64,000 bases of DNA from a virus (IMGVR_UViG_3300020352_000786:1-64000); one strand, 5' to 3'; shown: positions 1 to 8,909, numbered from the stretch's first letter. Numbers and translations: made by a program. Notes: generated from the letters alone by a model not told the origin.

Positions 1-71
1 TATCTAGAACATATAAATTCTTCAGAGAACATAAACACTTACAATAGATGGTACTTTTTTAATATTTAATT

Positions 72-1106
72 ATGAAAATATCTGAAGACACAAAATTAGA
101 TTTTAGCGATGTTTTAATTAGACCCAAAAGATCTAATATTTGCAGTAGGTCACAGGTAGACATTAACAGAATTTTTAAATTCCCTCACTCACCGAGAGAA
201 TTAAACTGTGTCCCTATTATGGCGGCAAATATGGATACTACAGGTTCTATTGCTATGAATAAAATACTTTCAGGCTTTGACTGCATAACATGTTTACACA
301 AGCATTATAGTGCTGATAAACTACGAGATCATTTTGCTTTTCCTAGACAATATGCTTTTTATTCTACAGGGATATCCGAATTTGATATGGAAAAGTTGGG
401 ATATGTATATGATAAATTACAAAAAAAACCAAACTTATGTATTGACGTCGCTAATGGATATAATGAAAAATTTGTAGATACAATTAAGAAAATTAGAGAT
501 TGGTATCCTGATATTGTTATTATGGCAGGAAACGTGGTGACTCCAGAAATGACAGAAGAACTAATATTTCATGGAGGTGTTGATATAGTTAAGATCGGTA
601 TAGGGTCGGGTAGCGTGTGTACCACTAGACTAAAGACAGGTATTGGCTATCCCCAACTATCTGCTGTAATAGAGTGTGCTGATGCTGCTCACAGCGTAGG
701 AGGTCATGTATGTAGTGATGGTGGGTGTACTACTCCAGCAGATGTGTGCAAAGCGTTCTGTGCCAATACTGACTTTGTAATGTTAGGAGGCATGTTAGCA
801 GGTACCGACTGCTGTGATGGAGAATGGATTTGTAACAATAACAAAGAAAAAGAATCCCTAAAATTTTACGGCATGAGCAGTAAACAGGCTATGGAAAAAC
901 ACAGCGGGGGCGTAGCAAACTATAGAACCAGCGAAGGTAAGTGTGTCACCATACCATATAAAGGCAAAACGTCAGATGCAATTCAAGATATTCTAGGTGG
1001 ATTAAGAAGCTGTTGCACATATATTGGAGCAAAAACTCTAAAGGATATGGGCAAAAATACTACATTTATAAAAGTAAACAATACTCACAATAAGGTTTTT
1101 TCATGA
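72..1106 (+). CDS. guaC: GMP reductase
   Basis: LDFSDVLIRPKRS, PIMAANMDT, CIDVANGY, GNVVTPE, KIGIGSGSVCTTR (catalytic Cys), FVMLGGMLAG, FYGMSS, SEGK, GGLRSCCTYIGA. Confidence 0.93.
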   Translation: MKISEDTKLDFSDVLIRPKRSNICSRSQVDINRIFKFPHSPRELNCVPIMAANMDTTGSIAMNKILSGFDCITCLHKHYSADKLRDHFAFPRQYAFYSTGISEFDMEKLGYVYDKLQKKPNLCIDVANGYNEKFVDTIKKIRDWYPDIVIMAGNVVTPEMTEELIFHGGVDIVKIGIGSGSVCTTRLKTGIGYPQLSAVIECADAAHSVGGHVCSDGGCTTPADVCKAFCANTDFVMLGGMLAGTDCCDGEWICNNNKEKESLKFYGMSSKQAMEKHSGGVANYRTSEGKCVTIPYKGKTSDAIQDILGGLRSCCTYIGAKTLKDMGKNTTFIKVNNTHNKVFS

Positions 1107-2161
1107 ATATGCATGTTATGGCTCCGATTGCACAAACAGGTTATGGCTATGTTAGTATGAATATTATCAAGTCTTTAGTCAAACACAATCATAATGTCTC
1201 TTTAACTCCTATCGGAGGGTCTATAGGAGCTGAGTCTCAAGAAGAGTTTGAATTATACAAAAGCTGCTATGAAAAATTGCCAGACTATAATGAGTCAGTA
1301 CTCAAGATATGGCATCAATTTGATCTAATGCAAACAGTGGGACGAGGTAAATATTTTGCATTACCTTTTTTTGAGGTAGACACTTTTAATAAAAGAGAAC
1401 AATATCACTTAAATTTTCCTGACGAACTTATTGTGTCCTGTCAGTGGGCTAAAGACGTTATACAGAACAACAACGTAACCAAACCAATACATGTCGTACC
1501 TATGGGAGTAGACACAACTGTGTTTAGGCCGATGCCTAAACAAGACTCATCAGACAAATATGTATTTGCTACAGTAGGTAAATGGGAAAAAAGAAAATGT
1601 CACGATACTATTATTGATTGTTTTAGTAAGGCGTTTTCGTCAGAAGACAATGTCGAACTATGGCTATTAACCCAGAACCCGTTCCTCTCTCCAGAAGCAG
1701 AAAAGTTTTGGTTGGACAAGGTCACAGAGAGTCCTTTAAGAGATAAAATACAAGTGTATAAAAAATTAGAAACGCACGAAGCTGTTGCTCGTTTTATGTC
1801 CCAAACAGATTGTGGGATATATTTGTCTCGCGGAGAAGGTTGGAATATGGAATTGTTAGAAGCAATGGCGGTAGATAAGCCTGTTATTGCTACCAATTTT
1901 TCTGCTCATACAGAATATTGCAATAGCGATAATTCTATGCTTGTGGAAATAGACGAGTTAGAAGAAGCTACTGATGGTAAATGGTTTTTTGGAGGATCTA
2001 AATGGGCCAATATAGGACAAAACCAAATAGATCAAACTGTTGATCACATGAGAAGGTGCTATAAAGAACGCATTAAAACAAATAAATCTGGCTTAAATAC
2101 AGCTAGATCATTAACGTGGTCAAATACTTCAGAGCAAATTGCTAAAATCATGCAAGCCTAA
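1103..2161 (+). CDS. GT-B fold glycosyltransferase, family 4-like
   Basis: HVVPMGVD, FATVGKWEKRK, SRGEGWNMELLEAMA (E-x7-E motif), PVIATNFSAHTEY. Confidence 0.85.
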   Translation: MNMHVMAPIAQTGYGYVSMNIIKSLVKHNHNVSLTPIGGSIGAESQEEFELYKSCYEKLPDYNESVLKIWHQFDLMQTVGRGKYFALPFFEVDTFNKREQYHLNFPDELIVSCQWAKDVIQNNNVTKPIHVVPMGVDTTVFRPMPKQDSSDKYVFATVGKWEKRKCHDTIIDCFSKAFSSEDNVELWLLTQNPFLSPEAEKFWLDKVTESPLRDKIQVYKKLETHEAVARFMSQTDCGIYLSRGEGWNMELLEAMAVDKPVIATNFSAHTEYCNSDNSMLVEIDELEEATDGKWFFGGSKWANIGQNQIDQTVDHMRRCYKERIKTNKSGLNTARSLTWSNTSEQIAKIMQA

Positions 2162-2170
2162 AGTTCGCTA

Positions 2171-2190
2171 GGTGTATATTATAATATAAA
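2171..2190 (+). promoter_or_regulatory. GGTGTA + AT-rich putative phage promoter motif (copy 1)
   Basis: GGTGTATATTATAATATAAA in the gap before ORF 2215, which has an AGGAG RBS; same hexamer in four other gaps. Confidence 0.55.
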
Positions 2191-2214
2191 GCTTACCAAA
2201 ATTTAGGAGATATT

Positions 2215-2733
2215 ATGCCTCTGCCATCTAGAAAAGATTCGCAAAACAAAAAGGACTTTATGCAACAATGCATGGGCGATCCGAAGATGAAGAAAGAATT
2301 TACAGAAACCAAACAAAGGTTGGCTGTTTGTGTTAGGCAATCTCAAGCTTCTGATGATATGTTGGTTGAGAGGGTATGCGATCAACTGTATTATATGAGC
2401 GCCTGCTGGGATGAAGAATGGAATGAATTTACACAAGACGTTATCTTAGCTGGAGTAGAAGTTATTGATGAAGAAGGAAAGAGTCTAGGAGCAGAATATC
2501 AAGGTCGCAAAGTAACTCTTAACAAGCCTTTTTTAACCCCCAAAGGCCCAAAAAAAAGAAGTGTTTATGTAAAGAATGAAAAGGGTAATGTGGTTAAAGT
2601 AAACTTTGGTGATCCAAATATGAGGATCAAGAAGTCAGATCCTGCAAGGCGTAAGAGTTTTAGAGCAAGACATAATTGCGATAACCCCGGACCAAAATGG
2701 AAAGCCAGATATTGGTCTTGCAAAGCATGGTAA
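2215..2733 (+). CDS. Phage hypothetical protein built from two short recurrent phage motifs
   Basis: N-terminal MPLP..KDFMQQCMGD..QRLAVC and C-terminal KVNFGDPNMRIKKSDPARRKSFRARHNCD..ARYWSCKAW; AGGAG RBS. Confidence 0.7.
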   Translation: MPLPSRKDSQNKKDFMQQCMGDPKMKKEFTETKQRLAVCVRQSQASDDMLVERVCDQLYYMSACWDEEWNEFTQDVILAGVEVIDEEGKSLGAEYQGRKVTLNKPFLTPKGPKKRSVYVKNEKGNVVKVNFGDPNMRIKKSDPARRKSFRARHNCDNPGPKWKARYWSCKAW

Positions 2734-2737
2734 TATA

Positions 2738-3406
2738 ATGTCAGATATTCTTAAGCAAACTTTAAATTTATTTGAACTTGATTCTATACAATATGCTCAA
2801 GGCTTTGAGTATCATAATTCTGTATATAAGGTTGTAGATTTTTTTGAGTTAGGCGACCTAGATTTGTTTTCTGTAGTGCAGTCGCCACCAAAAAATTCTA
2901 GCAACATAACTAAACAAGAATTAGAAGAAATATCTAGGTTAACAAAAAACAGAACAAAAGAAGAAGAGAGGTTGGTTTATTCTATAGACTCAGACTCTAT
3001 AGCTTTGCATTTAGAAGCTGTTGAGGAGTTGGGAATCAAGTTTGACTATAAAACATACAATACTTTCTACCCTGCAGTTTCTGAAATGATAGATCATCTA
3101 AAATATTTTTATAATAGAGCAAGACCTTTTCAGATAGCTGATAAATTATCTATTAACATCAATAGGATTATTACTAAAACTCATCACACACCATCATACC
3201 CCAGTGGTCACACAATGTCTGCCGTACTAGCTTCTAAAATTTTAACAGACAAATATCCTGAACACGAATCTAAATTTAACGAAATAGCCAAAACATGCGG
3301 ACATGCAAGAGTTTTGCAAGGGGTTCATTACCCTTCGGACAATACAGCTAGTATTAAAATTATTAATAAAATATACCCTATAATTAAAAAGTATTTTACG
3401 GAGTAA
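2738..3406 (+). CDS. PAP2-superfamily phosphatase (acid phosphatase/haloperoxidase fold)
   Basis: K..YNRARP, PSYPSGH and ARVLQGVHYPSD, the three PAP2 motifs. Confidence 0.85.
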   Translation: MSDILKQTLNLFELDSIQYAQGFEYHNSVYKVVDFFELGDLDLFSVVQSPPKNSSNITKQELEEISRLTKNRTKEEERLVYSIDSDSIALHLEAVEELGIKFDYKTYNTFYPAVSEMIDHLKYFYNRARPFQIADKLSININRIITKTHHTPSYPSGHTMSAVLASKILTDKYPEHESKFNEIAKTCGHARVLQGVHYPSDNTASIKIINKIYPIIKKYFTE

Positions 3407-3412
3407 TATTCA

Positions 3413-3862
3413 ATGAATTATAAAGAAATCTTAAACAATATTCAGAATCAAATATCTGAGAATAATACAGAAGAAAATGTCAAAGATTCCAAATTACAGG
3501 AGTATAAAAAAGATTTTTTAGACATGAACGTAGGTTCTTTAAATGCCATAATGAATCACGCTAAATCTATTTTAGAGTCTTTAGATAACGAATCCATAAA
3601 AGAAAACTTGACAGAGAGCTGGCTACAGGGTAAAATTGCAGTAACGGAGGATTACATGCGAACAATTCATGATTTTGTAAAGTATGTTCCTGCAAATGAC
3701 GATGATACTAAAGCGACCAATCGACCTGGATTATGGGAAAACATTAGAAGAAAGAAACAAAGGGAAGGAGACAACTATAAACCAGCCAAACCCGGCGATC
3801 CAGACAGACCAACGCCAGAGCAACTTAAAAGAGCTCAAAAGAAAAAGAAAAAGAAAAAATAA
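3413..3862 (+). CDS. Phage hypothetical protein with basic C-terminal tail
   Basis: Continuous ORF; ESWLQGKIAVTEDYM and RPGLWENIRRKK motifs; ends in poly-Lys. Confidence 0.65.
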   Translation: MNYKEILNNIQNQISENNTEENVKDSKLQEYKKDFLDMNVGSLNAIMNHAKSILESLDNESIKENLTESWLQGKIAVTEDYMRTIHDFVKYVPANDDDTKATNRPGLWENIRRKKQREGDNYKPAKPGDPDRPTPEQLKRAQKKKKKKK

Positions 3863-3888
3863 CTTATAATAAAAAGGATTTAAAAAGG

Positions 3889-4479
3889 ATGGATAAACAA
3901 TTTGACTCTTTGGACACCTATATACAATTAGCCAAAAAAACTATTTCCAAGTTTGCTCCCAAATTTTATAATGGACTAGCTGCTGAAATGCTTTCTAATG
4001 AAGATGCTATTTCTGACATAGCTACAGCTATTATGTCTGCTGATTGGAAATTTGATTCAAATAGGGTTGGCCCGACAGGACTAAAGAAAACCCAATATTC
4101 TTATAGAAACCAGTGCGTTATTTGGGCTATGAAGACTTATGTAACACATAAATATAAACAAAAAACACATTCTAGTTTGGATTTTGATATTGGAGATAAA
4201 GATAGTCTTTCCAAAACAATCGCTGACGATAAAAGTTCTAATCCTTTAGATATTATCATGGAGCAAGAAGAAAAAGATAATCTAAAACAAAATTTAAAAG
4301 ATATCCTAGAGTCTGATATTTTAAACGACAAGCAAAGAAATCAGATTAAAATGTATTATTATGAAAATAAAACACTTTCTCAAATCGGTAAAGTATTTGG
4401 TGTCTCCAGAGAAGCTGTGCGTCAAAACATTAAACGTGGCTTACAAAATATTAGAAAATTAGAAAAATGTTATTGCTAA
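3889..4479 (+). CDS. Phage-encoded sigma-70-family RNA polymerase sigma factor (regions 2 and 4)
   Basis: Region 2-like ADWKFDSNR..TQYSYRNQCVIWAMKTY; region 4 HTH KTLSQIGKVFGVSREAVRQNIKRGL. Confidence 0.85.
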   Translation: MDKQFDSLDTYIQLAKKTISKFAPKFYNGLAAEMLSNEDAISDIATAIMSADWKFDSNRVGPTGLKKTQYSYRNQCVIWAMKTYVTHKYKQKTHSSLDFDIGDKDSLSKTIADDKSSNPLDIIMEQEEKDNLKQNLKDILESDILNDKQRNQIKMYYYENKTLSQIGKVFGVSREAVRQNIKRGLQNIRKLEKCYC

Positions 4480-4889
4480 TAAAAAGTATATTTAATTATA
4501 TTAAGAGTATATTTGGTTCTAAAAATATATCTATCAATAATAATCATTCAAATGGCGTTTCTTTTTATATAGACTCCAAAAACCATATTATGATGAATGT
4601 AGATATAGATGATCCAGATACACTATCTTTAGATGAATTAACTGACAATGCAGAAAAAACAGCAATAATAATTACTTCGATTATCAACGGAGACATTAAT
4701 GATCAAATATTAACATTCATTAAAAAGTCGTCTAAAACAATAGAGACTAGCGCTAATACAAATCTATTCTTCCAGAATGTTTTATCTTACCATGAGATGC
4801 AACAAAAAGAAAAGGTTGATAATATCAAAACCAATCTCTATGATAAAGTTGTAATTAGACCATCGGAAGCTTTTAATAGATATGTTTAA
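4467..4889 (+). CDS. Hypothetical protein
   Basis: 140-aa ORF overlapping both neighbours in an operon-like run. Confidence 0.65.
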   Translation: MLLLIKSIFNYIKSIFGSKNISINNNHSNGVSFYIDSKNHIMMNVDIDDPDTLSLDELTDNAEKTAIIITSIINGDINDQILTFIKKSSKTIETSANTNLFFQNVLSYHEMQQKEKVDNIKTNLYDKVVIRPSEAFNRYV

Positions 4890-5328
4890 TACAGAAGAAC
4901 TAGATGAGAGAGAAAATATAATTGTTTGGGAAAAGTGGGTAGATCCCTATTTGCAGACTATACAAGATTCTGTGCCTACAGGAGACGAAGAGGATGAAGA
5001 TTTAGAAGAAGAATATTTAGAAGATGAAGAAGATATAGAAGAATACGGATCTGTAGATAAATTAGGTAAGTTCAGAGCTATTGCAACACCTATGGGTATT
5101 ATCCCGATTAATGAATCTACCGCAAGCGGCAAGATATTTAATTTTTGGGTTGGACATACTAATTTTGATATCACAAATGCTTTAGCTTTAATAATTGAAG
5201 AAACAGCAGGCGTAGAAACTTTAGATATCTTTACAAGATATAGGTTTCGTATTGGAATAGGTAAAGCTTTCCATGACTCAAAAGTTATGAGAGACATTAA
5301 TTCAAGGGTATATGACTACTTAATATGA
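4882..5328 (+). CDS. Hypothetical protein with acidic tract
   Basis: 148 aa; DEEDEDLEEEYLEDEEDIEEY tract; coupled to the downstream ClpP-like gene by ATGA overlap. Confidence 0.7.
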   Translation: MFNTEELDERENIIVWEKWVDPYLQTIQDSVPTGDEEDEDLEEEYLEDEEDIEEYGSVDKLGKFRAIATPMGIIPINESTASGKIFNFWVGHTNFDITNALALIIEETAGVETLDIFTRYRFRIGIGKAFHDSKVMRDINSRVYDYLI

Positions 5329-5990
5329 CACAGATAAATAATGATTCAGATTTATACAATATACATAATTTGTGTATAGACTCAAAAAGCAGGGAGCTAT
5401 TCTTGCACTCTAGTTTTGATTCAGAAGAAGAATCAGGTGTGGAGTTTAGATCTGCTATAATGTTTGAAAAAAATGTACGATATCTTAATCAAATTTCTCA
5501 TGAACCTATTTTAGTACATATGCATTTACCCGGAGGTGATTGGCAAGATTGCATGGGTATAGTAGATACAATATCTACCTCTGCTTCTAAAATATTTATC
5601 CTAGCATATGGAAAAGTCGAATCTGCTAGTAGCATACTTTTTCAAGCTGCCGATCTAAGGGTGTTAATGCCGAATACTCACATGCTGATTCATTATGGTT
5701 CTTTAAGCATAGAGGATGAACATCGTGCTGCAAAGAGTAGTTTTGAGTGGAGTGAAAAAGAATCTCTAAAAATGATTAACATGTTTACTAGTAGATGTAT
5801 TGACAGTCCAATAGCTAAAGAAAGAAATTGGAAAAAACATATTATTAAAAAACACATCATGACACAATTAGACAATAAAAGCGATTGGATACTAGATGCT
5901 GAAGAATCTGTATATTACGGTTTTGCTGACGGTGTATTAGGAGATAGAAAGTTTACTACGATAGAAAAACTAAAAAGCAGAAAAAGGTAA
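5325..5990 (+). CDS. ClpP-like serine protease (S14 family)
   Basis: HMHLPGG, GKVESASSIL (nucleophile Ser), LIHYG (His), SDWILDAEESVYYGFADGV (Asp). Confidence 0.82.
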   Translation: MTQINNDSDLYNIHNLCIDSKSRELFLHSSFDSEEESGVEFRSAIMFEKNVRYLNQISHEPILVHMHLPGGDWQDCMGIVDTISTSASKIFILAYGKVESASSILFQAADLRVLMPNTHMLIHYGSLSIEDEHRAAKSSFEWSEKESLKMINMFTSRCIDSPIAKERNWKKHIIKKHIMTQLDNKSDWILDAEESVYYGFADGVLGDRKFTTIEKLKSRKR

Positions 5991-5991
5991 T

Positions 5992-6636
5992 ATGTATATA
6001 GAGTATTGTCTATATGACAGAACACTCAGCGAAAAAGACATATCTAAAGAAATAGAAAAAGCCCTAGACGTAGGCGTAAAAAATTTCTGTTTACTTCCCT
6101 ATTCTTTAGCCTCTTTAAAAAATAGTGGTCTATTAAAAGAGATCAATGTCTCTGTACCTCTTGATTATCCTTTTGGAATTATGGATATTGATGCAAGAAA
6201 AGCTGTTCTTTCTAATTTATTAAATAAATACAAGATACAAGCCTTAGATGTTATTGCTCCTTCCAAAACACTTTCCAATAACAAATACTCTAAATTTAGA
6301 GAAGATGTTGATAATGTAAACTCAGTGTCTGAAAATTACGGATTAGATATTAGATATATATTAGAATATAGGATATTTAACTATGGAGTCCTGGCTCGAT
6401 GTTGCCAAATTCTTACAGATAAAGGAATAGAAACCATTATTCCTTCTACGGGCAATATGATAGATGATATTCATGACAATATTATTGCTTGTAAATACCT
6501 AGAAAGCAAATCCAAAATTAAAACTATTTGCAGCGGTAATGTCTATCACAATAAACACCTGTCTTTATTAAAAACTCATAATATAGATAAAATCAGAGCT
6601 TTTAATATAAATACGGTCAATATGTTACAAAATTGA
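5992..6636 (+). CDS. Deoxyribose-phosphate aldolase (DeoC)-fold protein, catalytic lysines absent
   Basis: Colinear DeoC motifs IEYCLYD, VSVPLDYPFG, ALDVIAP, RYILEY, TIIPSTGN, TICSGNV; Lys of KTSTG and of KxxGG replaced by Ile. Confidence 0.7.
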   Translation: MYIEYCLYDRTLSEKDISKEIEKALDVGVKNFCLLPYSLASLKNSGLLKEINVSVPLDYPFGIMDIDARKAVLSNLLNKYKIQALDVIAPSKTLSNNKYSKFREDVDNVNSVSENYGLDIRYILEYRIFNYGVLARCCQILTDKGIETIIPSTGNMIDDIHDNIIACKYLESKSKIKTICSGNVYHNKHLSLLKTHNIDKIRAFNINTVNMLQN

Positions 6637-6666
6637 TATTTTCAATTTTATTTATCTATTAATTAT

Positions 6667-6685
6667 GGTGTAACTTACTTATAAG
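6667..6685 (+). promoter_or_regulatory. GGTGTA putative phage promoter motif (copy 2)
   Basis: GGTGTAACTTACTTATAAG in the gap before ORF 6724, followed by palindrome AATAGGCCTATT (6687-6698) and a GGAG RBS. Confidence 0.5.
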
Positions 6686-6723
6686 CAATAGGCCTATTTG
6701 CACCAACAAACCGGAGATATAAA

Positions 6724-7317
6724 ATGAATTTAGAAGATAATGTGAAACAAAATGACGGATCAGCGTGGGAAGCGGACGGCAGCACTACCGTAAACAATGC
6801 TGGCACATTCATGGCTTTTGATAGCACAAATACCAAAATGGATGCAGTTAGCCCAGCGTACGCAGGCTATCTTGGAGGTTCAGTTCCAGCTGATACCAAC
6901 AATCCAAATACAGATCAAGCTTTATCAGATGGTAATTTTGCACACAATAACCAACGTCCAATAGCCAAGGGTTTAACTACAGTTCTTGGTGGAGGCGCAG
7001 TAGACAGCAGATTGTTGGCTGGAGCTATGCTATCCTACGACGATACTAATTCCATACATGCTGTTGAAAATATTACCACAACTAGAACTGCTACAGCTAT
7101 CAGAGGTGGTCAGTTCTTCATTGCAGGTAGAGATAACGACAGATATAATTTTAATCCAGATCCTACCACAGCTACAGACGCTTTTGGCAACGATAATGCT
7201 GCTAGAGTATCTAGAGCAACTCCTGGTAATCTAGTCTTCAAACTTGGTGGACCTTCAAGTGGTTCAAACCCTGTTGTAGACAGTTACTATTCAACTGTTG
7301 ATAAAAAGACTGGCTAA
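6724..7317 (+). CDS. Hypothetical Gly/Ala/Asn/Thr-rich protein, candidate abundant virion protein
   Basis: Own promoter motif, GGAG RBS and terminator; no Cys; composition unlike neighbours. Confidence 0.7.
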   Translation: MNLEDNVKQNDGSAWEADGSTTVNNAGTFMAFDSTNTKMDAVSPAYAGYLGGSVPADTNNPNTDQALSDGNFAHNNQRPIAKGLTTVLGGGAVDSRLLAGAMLSYDDTNSIHAVENITTTRTATAIRGGQFFIAGRDNDRYNFNPDPTTATDAFGNDNAARVSRATPGNLVFKLGGPSSGSNPVVDSYYSTVDKKTG

Positions 7318-7343
7318 TTTTTAAACTTCATAACTTAATAATC

Positions 7344-7378
7344 AAGGACGGTGTATAGTTTATATACCGTCCTTTTTT
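7344..7378 (+). terminator. Intrinsic terminator hairpin that also contains GGTGTA motif copy 3
   Basis: AAGGACGGTGTATA-GTT-TATATACCGTCCTT (14-bp stem, one G-U pair) running into TTTTTT. Confidence 0.8.
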
Positions 7379-7394
7379 ATTGGAGATACATAAT

Positions 7395-7721
7395 ATGGCA
7401 GATCCTAATACTTTAGGTCATTTTTTTGAAAACTTTACTACACACATGGCTAGTGTTGTAATCGCACTTATTGGTTTCTGGACTGGTTTCGTTCGAAATC
7501 TAGTTAGCAGAAAAGAAGTGGAAGAAATGATAAATCATCAAAGTCAATACATGAAAGATAGAGAATTTATTATGGCTAGGTTAGAGGATCATAAAGCAGA
7601 TAGTGCTACATTATTTAGAGCCCTTAATAAAAACACAGAGGTAATGAGTGAACTTAAAGTTCAAATAGCAATGCTAAGTAAAACACTAGAAGCATTGGAA
7701 AACAGAATAGAAAGAACATAA
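7395..7721 (+). CDS. Single-TM protein with C-terminal coiled coil
   Basis: Start moved to ATG 7395 (GGAG at 7382-7385); hydrophobic MASVVIALIGFWTGFV; heptad-like VMSELKVQIAMLSKTLEALENRIE. Confidence 0.7.
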   Translation: MADPNTLGHFFENFTTHMASVVIALIGFWTGFVRNLVSRKEVEEMINHQSQYMKDREFIMARLEDHKADSATLFRALNKNTEVMSELKVQIAMLSKTLEALENRIERT

Positions 7722-7752
7722 TTTATAAAACTTTTAGATGGAGATAGAATAA

Positions 7753-7956
7753 ATGGCTACTACAGATGTTGCTTTTTCTAGTGATAATGTTTTTCCTTCA
7801 GGTATGCCTAAAAATGGTAGTATGATTTTGCATGCTGGAATTAGAACAGGTAATTATGATGTAGATAATACTTATGCTACATCTGGTATTACTGATGATC
7901 AGATAGAGGTTAAATATTCTGGTCGATTTGACGATTATGACTATTATTTACAATAG
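7753..7956 (+). CDS. Small hypothetical protein
   Basis: 67-aa ORF with GGAG RBS, fills the gap between neighbours. Confidence 0.65.
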   Translation: MATTDVAFSSDNVFPSGMPKNGSMILHAGIRTGNYDVDNTYATSGITDDQIEVKYSGRFDDYDYYLQ

Positions 7957-7974
7957 TATTTAAGGTTAGTTATT

Positions 7975-8460
7975 ATGAAAAAATCATATCAAACAAGCGA
8001 ATTTTGGTTTACCATAGTTAGCTTTGTGATAAGCGGTTTATTTATAATAGGAGTTATATCTGAACCAGATACCAAAGACGATCTAATTAGTGTTGGCACT
8101 CATGTTGTTGAGAGTATTATTTTATTGGGTGGTCAGTTTATGGTATTTTCTAGATACTTAAACAAAAGGAAAATAGAGAAAATAGAATATGAAAAAACAA
8201 AACAAAAAGAGCAAGATAATCTAAGAAAAGAACTTGAAGATTATGTGGGTGTAGGTAAAAAACATGATGTTGTAAATATTAATACGGCAGACTTAGGAGA
8301 ACTAATACAGTTACCACACATAGGCCCGCAACTTGCTCAAAAGATTATTGATTTTAGAAGTAGTGCAGAAGATGGTTTTAATAATCCCAGTGAATTAGTT
8401 CAAATTAAAGGGATTGGATATAGTGTGTTTTCCAATATTCGTCAATACGTCACCGTATGA
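7975..8460 (+). CDS. Membrane protein with C-terminal ComEA-type helix-hairpin-helix domain
   Basis: N-terminal SYQTSEFW plus two hydrophobic segments; VNINTADLGELIQLPHIGPQLAQKIIDFR..ELVQIKGIG. Confidence 0.8.
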   Translation: MKKSYQTSEFWFTIVSFVISGLFIIGVISEPDTKDDLISVGTHVVESIILLGGQFMVFSRYLNKRKIEKIEYEKTKQKEQDNLRKELEDYVGVGKKHDVVNINTADLGELIQLPHIGPQLAQKIIDFRSSAEDGFNNPSELVQIKGIGYSVFSNIRQYVTV

Positions 8461-8468
8461 GGTAAAAT

Positions 8469-8897
8469 ATGAGTAGTAAAGAATTAATTATTAAAGAATT
8501 TGATGCCCTTATCGAAAACGTCAAGACTAGCTTAGAAGACGTTAAGAGATTTGCTGTAGGAGAAGCGTGGAAAATACTACAAGTAGCTACAGCCAGTTTA
8601 ATACAAACAATCGAAAAATTCGGATCAGATCTAGAAGGGCCAGAAAAAAAGACCATAGCTATGGAATTATTATCTAATTTTTATGATAAAATATTTTTAG
8701 CTGTTGATATTCCCGTTGTGCCTAATATTTTAGAGCCTATTATACATAAGACTGTCAAGGCATTTTTAATGGTTCTGGTAAGCGCAACAATTGATGCGTT
8801 AGTCACAACATTTAGAGAAGCAGGTATTTTTCTAAAGAAAAGGTTAGATGAAAATCCTTATAGTAAAGAAGTTGTAAAAGTTTCCTATGTTCCATGA
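8469..8897 (+). CDS. Hypothetical helical, membrane-associated protein (holin-like?)
   Basis: GPEKKTIA motif and hydrophobic C-terminal half (AFLMVLVSATIDALV). Confidence 0.6.
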   Translation: MSSKELIIKEFDALIENVKTSLEDVKRFAVGEAWKILQVATASLIQTIEKFGSDLEGPEKKTIAMELLSNFYDKIFLAVDIPVVPNILEPIIHKTVKAFLMVLVSATIDALVTTFREAGIFLKKRLDENPYSKEVVKVSYVP

Positions 8898-8909
8898 AAG
8901 GGATAGATT

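Noticed and set aside
4947-5297. Antisense ORF with a poly-Ser run
   Set aside because: Mirror of the GAA/GAT acidic tract on the + strand
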